From the human T2T-CHM13v2.0 reference genome, Homo sapiens, in the NCBI RefSeq assembly GCF_009914755.1, contig NC_060929.1: a stretch of 64,000 nucleotides of DNA. One strand, written 5' to 3'. The notes under the pieces are model-generated. The model did no database searches. It was not told the DNA's origin and saw only the letters and a program-made list of their open reading frames with translations. Shown piece after piece: positions 57,345 to 64,000 of this stretch. The translations under genes were made by a program, and so were the position numbers. The number at the start of each line of letters is the position of its first letter. Position 1 is the first letter of the stretch.

Positions 57345-57665
57345 TGCATGGTAAAGCTGGCTATTCACCAAAATAATAGGTGCCTTCCTGCCATAATGTG
57401 GAGTTGTTGCTGGCAGGTGGTTACACACCCAGAGACTACATTTCCCAGCCTCTCTTGCATTCAGATGTGACCAAGTGCATAGTTCTCACTCATGTAATAT
57501 AAATGGAAATAATACATACCACTTACATGCCTGGCCCATAAAATTGCCTTACCTGTACTTCCCCATGCTCTTTTTCTCTTCAAACTTAACTGGACAGAGG
57601 ACTTCTAGGGTAACCTTGAACATCATATATTGAGGGTGGCAGAGCCCCCATTAGCTTGGATCCTA
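57345..57665 (+). mobile_element. MLT1H/I/J-type LTR fragment
   Basis: GACTACATTTCCCAGCCTCTCTTGCA...CCTGGCCCATAAAA. Confidence 0.7.
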
Positions 57666-57679
57666 TACCTCTTTGGGTA

Positions 57680-57868
57680 TATTGTCTAATATGGTAGGCA
57701 CTAGATGCATGTGGCTGTTTAATTAATATTAAACTCCAGTTCCTCAGTCATCCTAGGCATTTTGTAAGTGCTCAATAGCCACATGCATGCAACTAAGTGG
57801 CTACCATATTAGATAGCGCAGATGTAGAACATTTCCATTATTTCAGAAAGTTCTATTGGATTGCTATG
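57680..57868. mobile_element. MER3 (hAT-Charlie)
   Basis: CAGTTCCTCAGTCA...GTGCTCAATAGCCACATG...GAACATTTCCATTATTTCAGAAAGTTCTATTGGA. Confidence 0.82.
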
Positions 57869-58938
57869 CTCCATTGTATATGAGTTTTCATGTGATTTAA
57901 AATTTATTGTTGTAATAGTTGATCTATTAATATTCCTATTAATACAGAGATAAGTACAAGATTGACAGAGGCTTTGCTGACCCTCAAAAGACAAATATTT
58001 GCTGGGAGCCTACTTTGTGTTAGTAGTCTTCTAGAGTTTGGGAATTTGTCAGTAAATACAACAGAAAATTTTCCATACTCAAAGAGCTCATTGTTATAGG
58101 CCATGTGACTTAGCTATAGGATTTCTCAAGGTGCAAATTTAGGCAAATCCAGGATTTTTGAATCCATTATAGCAGCAATATTCTCTATAACCTGTTTTTC
58201 AAATTTCAGCTACATTCTAAGCAGCAGGTCCACCAAACCAGAAGCCTGCCTTTAGGAGTCCAAAAGATCAGAGGACCTAAGAGAAAATAGTTCTGTCTGT
58301 GAGGATATCCAGTGTGGCTTTACTGGCCAGCTTCCTTGATGACCATGACCTTTCCAGGGGTCTTGTACTTGGGGCTTCCCGAAAGTGTGTCTGAGTGCAG
58401 TAGTCTTTTTATATCTGCTGGAGGCAGATGCTTTAGTTCCCTTAGTTAAGACAACGAAGACAAGAGAAAGATGAAAATGGCTTGCAAAGCAGATTAATGA
58501 CCCAATTAATGCTGAATTGTCCATTTCCCTTGTTAATGTGCCCTGCCTTCTCCCTACACTGTGTGGACTTCACACATAACATTCTCTACACGTTCATTGT
58601 TTATCTTTCTTCCTTACTGGACTGTACATCCTAGAGAAGAAGGGATTATGTCTGTCATATCTAACGTCGTATTTCTGGGGCCTGGAACATAGCAGAATAT
58701 AAGAAATATTTGTTCCTGTCACTATATATTGACAATCATGTGATGAAAATATTTTTGCTTTTCCATAATCTGGTACAGCAATTTCTAATGTGTACCTCAT
58801 GAAAGTTAATAGGTATTCCATAGAGTCTATGGAAGTTAATAGATGTTACATGAAATGGGGTGAGGAGGGTAAGTAAGGCTGCTTTAAATAAGCATGTTTC
58901 ATTGCTGCAGGCCTTTCTGAACCACTCCTGTGGTAATA

Positions 58939-59105
58939 CAGTGGTTCTCCAGCTTCAGTGAGCATCAGACTCACCTGGAAGGCTGTGAAAACACACATTA
59001 CTGGACTCTGTCCCCAGAATTTCTGGTTCAATACTCTTGGTGTGGGCCTGGGAATTTGCATTTTAACAAGTTCCCAAGTAATGCTGCTGCTATTGGTGAG
59101 AGCCA
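58939..59105. mobile_element. MER5A
   Basis: CAGTGGTTCTC...CATCAGACTCACCTGGAAGGC...GAATTTGCATTTTAACAAGTTCCCA. Confidence 0.8.
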
Positions 59106-60597
59106 GCATGGAGATATGTTATTGACACTTGGAGAAAATATACAGTTTCCATCATTTCCCAAAAGTGCTTGACTAAAGGTCTTATTAAACCTATAGTCCT
59201 GTCTGACTTGAGGATATGATGACCTACTTTAAACTCAAGTGCCAAGGAATTATAAATTAATGCATCCACATTTTAAAGGGGACATCTGGGCAGATAACTA
59301 CTGAAGCACAAATAATGTGTTGCTACTAATAGAATTTAGACTTCATTACAGAATAATAAGGACAAAAGTTTTGCGTGGAGTATTAAAAAGAAAGATCACC
59401 TACTCCTACTAGTTGTAAAATGAATTTGAACACAACTTATATTGCCTGGAAAAGAACAGTTTATGTATGAAATCATTGAAATTACTATTGTTTAAAGCAA
59501 TTCTTATGCTTTGTATCTGCAGCTGTTCTAGTTTAAACACACATTGCTTGGCCCTGACAACATGCAGCTTTTTACTTCTTGGACTCTCCTATGATTTGAA
59601 ATGTGTTATTCATAAGTTTGCTAAATTCCAAATATTTGAAAGAACAGATGTGGACCTAAAGGAATAATCAGCTCTTGCTGATATTGCTCCAAAAGGCAAT
59701 ATATAGAGTTGCATTAGAATGAAGAACTGCATTTGGCTCTTATGTTTTGAGATGTTGGAATGGCAGAGTGTCTGTAGGATAACCCAGTGTTGCATGCCAT
59801 TTTATGCTTATAAGAGTGTTAATCATTCAGCTCAATGCTGATTAACCTCCTAGACACTTCAGATAATATACAAAATATAAGACATATTTCTTGCCCTCAC
59901 GGAGCTTATAAGCTAATCTGGGAAGCAAGACATACACATGAAGTGATTAGAGCAGAGGTTTCCAAATTGCACAGTAACTTAAGAGAATATGCAAACAGAA
60001 ATTGAGATTCCCAGGACCCATGTTAGTCCTATTAAAGCAGCTATGGAAAGGGCAGCTATGAAAAGCAAAGAATATGTATTTTTAATAAGTTCCCCAATTG
60101 AGGCTGATAACGAGACAGAGCTGGAACCCATGGGCTATATTAACAATTATTGGATAGTAAAAGGTGCTCTATCATTCAGTGTTACAATAAACTTTTCTTA
60201 ATCCAGACAACATCTTCTGTATTCATTCAACAAGGTAGGTAGAGTCTGTACTATTTCATCTTGTTCTTTCATTGGCAAAGCCATGAAGGGCCCTAATTAG
60301 CCTAATTACAGAGGGCTGCCTAGTGTAGAGAGCTGCCATGCAGTTAAGAGATAATGAATACATTGTCAAAAAGAAGATACTGTGACAAAGAAAGCCACAG
60401 GTGGTAGCATTTTACAACATTGGACCATAGTTGGTTAATTAGATATTTATTGAGAACTCACTATGTGCCAGGCACTGTGCAAGGTACTGGGGATATGATA
60501 AGCAAACCAAGTGGCCTCAACATTCATAGCCCCTACAGTCTAGTGAAGATACACATAGGAAATAAGTAGTCATGGTCTTTTCCCTCTTTTTAAAAAA

Positions 60598-61815
60598 AAT
60601 TTTCATAAACTATACATAAATTCATGATTTTAACCATTTTCAAGTATATAGTTCAAGCGACATTAAGTACATGCATATTATTGTCCAACCATCATCATCA
60701 TCCATCTCCAAAACTTTTTCATCATCTCAAGCTGAAACTCTGTTCCCATTACATAATAACTCCCACAAAACCTGGCAACCAGCAATCTGCTTTCTGGTTG
60801 TATGGGTTTGACTACTCTGCCGACCTCATTTGAGTGAAATCATGCAGTATTTGCATTTTTGTGTCTGGCTTATTTCACTTAACATAATGTCATGAAGGTT
60901 TATCCGTGTTGTAGTATGTATCAAAATTTCACTCCTTTCATACTGAATAGTGTTCCATTGTACGTAGACACAACATTTTGTTTATCCTTTCATCTATCAA
61001 TGGACATTTAGCTGTTTCCACCTTTTGTCTGTTGTGCATCATGTTGCTATGAACATTCATGCACAAATATCTGTTGGAGTCCCTGTTTTCCATTATTTTG
61101 GGTATATCCCTAAAAGTGGTATTATTGACAGTGAGTATGAGACCTTGGTTCTTATCTTCTTAGTTAAAATAATGTAAGCAAGAGACACACAGCAAAGGAC
61201 ATATGGCATAGAGCAATTTTTTGCAAAAGAGAATGCACACTCTGAAGGTTACGTGCAAAAGAGAAAGTATACTCTGAGAGATGATTCAGCGCAGACTGCT
61301 CGAAATGAGACAGCGTTGCCTGTTACTGGGGAAACTCCCTTTATAGGAGTTTTACATAATTATTCAGAAGGGGGTGGGAAGAGGTATTACCAGTAAGCAT
61401 GTTCTGGGTGGCCCTCTAGGTGCACATGTGCAGTAGCTCTACTTGCTTGTTCATACATGCATGAACTTGCAAGAATGCTTGCATGTCTTGTTAACATCTT
61501 AAATCTCCACCCAGGGGTGTGTTTTTACTATTATAATAATCAAAGGGTCGGTCTGAAGACAAGTAATCAAAATGTGCATGCTCTCTGCAGGGGAAAGTCC
61601 CCACTGAAGCTAGTTCTACTTGGATGAGCTTGACTGAAATGTGAGCACTAGGGCTCTTTGTGTTGATGCGGTCACCATGGTTACCGCGTTCCCCAAAGAC
61701 ATGGTTACTTCCTTGACTACCTATCCTGCCTCAGTATTGCTGGATCATATGGTAATTCTACATTTAATTTTTTGAAGAACTGCCATACTGATTTCCCCAG
61801 CAGTTATACCATTTG
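60598..61815 (-). mobile_element. L1MB-type 3' region split by an LTR insertion
   Basis: TGTGTCTGGCTTATTTCACTTAACATAATG; the L1 text AAAAGTGGTAT|TGCTGGATCATATGG resumes after the LTR. Confidence 0.87.
61123..61733 (-). mobile_element. ERV1 solo LTR (LTR36-like) nested in L1
   Basis: Minus strand begins TGAGGCAGGATAGGTAGTCAAGGAAGTAACC; 4-bp TSD GTAT (61119-61122, 61734-61737). Confidence 0.82.
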
Positions 61816-62663
61816 ATAGCCGCGGTCTTTTGGCAAGATAGCAGAAGTTAGGTATTATTCCTATGAGGAGTTTATGTTTATCCTAATTGTTTCAGAAACA
61901 TTAAGGTTGACTACTTCGGGGCCACATTGCGGCCCCAGGTCCCAAATCCACATCTCCTCCAACCCACCCTGCCGCCTTTTCCTGTCTGTCCTTCCATCCA
62001 TCCTCCCCAGTGAGGAAAAGTCACAGCAGTGCACTTCAGCTTTCAGAGTAAAAGATCAAGACAAGCCCAGGATCAGGTGGCCTGTAATGTGTTCCTTAGA
62101 ATCACAATTTCTCCATTCCTGGTACAGTTTTCTGTAATTCTGTTGCCATACCCCAAAGGAAAAGCTTTGCTTTTAGAGAACTCGCGGTCTATTAAGGTTG
62201 AGCAAAGGCCTTGGGCATAGGCACTGGGGAGTTCTAATCTCAACTCTGCTCCATATTGTGTGGCAGCCCCAGGCAGGTAATTTAACCTCCACAATTCCTC
62301 ATGTTTTCTGACTCGCCGAGATGATTGTAATGACTTCCCTTTGGAGCTGCTGCTAAGGAAACTGTAATGATAGGTGGAGGAATGTTTGTGAGATTTTGCC
62401 GGACGTTCACTAGGCTGCAAAAGACTTGGACTTAACTTGCTCCCGTGTCTTTGTGTGCACATCTAGAATTGGGGTCCCTCATGCCAGTCATATCATTACT
62501 CTCAGATAAATTCCCCATTGCCTTATGAGGATTGATCTAGGCCTTGATGTTCATCACCAGCCTTTGCAGTTAAACATCTGGTTTATGGAGGGTTTTTTTT
62601 CTTTAGTTCTTTGAGAAGATAGAAAAGAACTTGGGAGAGAAGGGCATGATATTCCCTGACATA

Positions 62664-62964
62664 TTTTTTTTTCTTTTTTTTTGAGATGGAGGCTCACTAT
62701 GTCACCCATGCTGGAGTGCAGTGTGCGATCTTGGCTCACTGCAACTCCCACCTCCCAGGTTTAAGCAATTCTCTTGCCTCAGCTCCTTGAATAGCTGGGA
62801 TTACAGGTGGTGCACCAACATGCCCAGCTAATGTTTGTATTTTTAGTAGAGACAAGGTTTCACCATGTTGGCCAGGCTGGTCTGGAACTCCTGACCTCAA
62901 ATGATCACCTCACCTCAGCCTCCCAGAGTGCTAGAATTACAGGTGTGCACCACTGTGCCTGGCC
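62664..62964 (-). mobile_element. Alu (older AluS/J)
   Basis: Antisense Alu dimer with poly-T. Confidence 0.93.
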
Positions 62965-63649
62965 TTCCTCACCTCTCTTTCACCCAGAATACTCAGAATT
63001 GAGCACAAATATTCTTAAGAATGTTGTTCCCATTCCCTTCATCGGCTTACCTGTATTATGTGTATATAATGTCATCTTCATAGGCATTCTCTCTATTTGT
63101 CCCATACTATCTTCGATGCAGAGCTCAATACTTCTTCATATTTGTCAGGGAAATGTCAGTCTCACAAAATATTAGAGAGAAATGCAGATTCTACTGAAGA
63201 TGTCATAGGGGAGCCAGAGCAAGGGGTTCACCTCTCACCTCCTGCTGCAAATGTCTTGATTAACATTTTAATCGATGTATCTTTCTTCCTAAGTCAGTGT
63301 TTCTCTTCTGAATCACCGTGAGGGCTCCTTGCCTCTGCCTTTTACCCCTAGTACATCCAGAATATTTTGTCTTATTTCTTCCCTCCTACCTTTTAAATCT
63401 CAAATTCCTCCTCACTCCTCATGTCATACAGAGCACCTGACTGACCAGCTTCTGTCTCAAAACACTTTATATGTATACCCTTTCTCAAAATGCAATGGTA
63501 GATCATATATATTTTTTCTTTTACTGATGGAAAAAATGGGTTTGCTGTAACAACTGAGATAAATTTTATATTTCAAGAATTTTAAAATATATCCTTTAAA
63601 ATATTTTGGTATGAATTTGGCACTTTATTTCTTTGGAAGATGTACATCA

Positions 63650-64000
63650 TGGTAGACAGATATCTAAGATGGCGGTCAAGATCCTTGCTCCCTGGAGTAA
63701 ATACCTTATATTCTTTCCTTTCAGTGAGGGAGAAACTTGTAAATATGATGTGATGCCACTTCTGTGATTATGTTATTGCCTAAGGGATTCTGCAGATGCA
63801 ATTAAGGCTACTAATCAATTGATTTTGAGTTAATCAAAAGGGAGATTTTTCTGGGAGTCACCAGCCTAATCACATAAGCCCTTCAAATCTGGGTATAGAG
63901 GTCACAGACTAAGAAAATCAGAGAGTGGACATGTGAAAAGACACACATGGCAAAGAACTGAGGTAGCTTCTAGGACCTAAGAGTGGTCCCCAGGCACCAA
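63650..64000 (+). mobile_element. MLT1E-type LTR running off the window end
   Basis: TGGTAGACAGATATCTAAGATGGC...GATTTTGAGTTAATCAAAAGGGAGATT. Confidence 0.75.

Overview
This is AT-rich, CpG-depleted primate DNA, most likely human, from inside the delta-sarcoglycan gene SGCD on the + strand. I recognise only one coding exon, 3303-3491 (189 nt, 63 codons, AG|ATG ... ATT|GTAAGT). It encodes the cytoplasmic tail, the single transmembrane helix and the NFT glycosylation sequon. The other ~60.5 kb is the 5' part of a very long phase-0 intron, and the next SGCD exon is not in the window. The intron is a mosaic of repeats: about 12 Alu/FLAM copies, L1 and L2 fragments, MIRs, four ERV1 solo LTRs with readable 4-bp TSDs, MaLR LTRs (one nested), hAT and Tigger DNA transposons, and microsatellites. 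Repeat subfamily names come from recalled consensus sequences and need RepeatMasker confirmation. The other ORF-track entries look like Alu-derived, low-complexity or chance ORFs. I see no evidence of a wholly new gene system. The best leads concern RNA processing: (1) a second strong acceptor 42 nt upstream of the exon, with an embedded donor, giving either an in-frame 14-aa extension or a 9-nt microexon mutually exclusive with the TM exon; (2) a frame-preserving 75-nt MIR-derived candidate cassette exon at 52621-52695; (3) inverted Alu/FLAM sequences flanking a stop-free 3n exon; (4) LTR-derived promoter and enhancer candidates.
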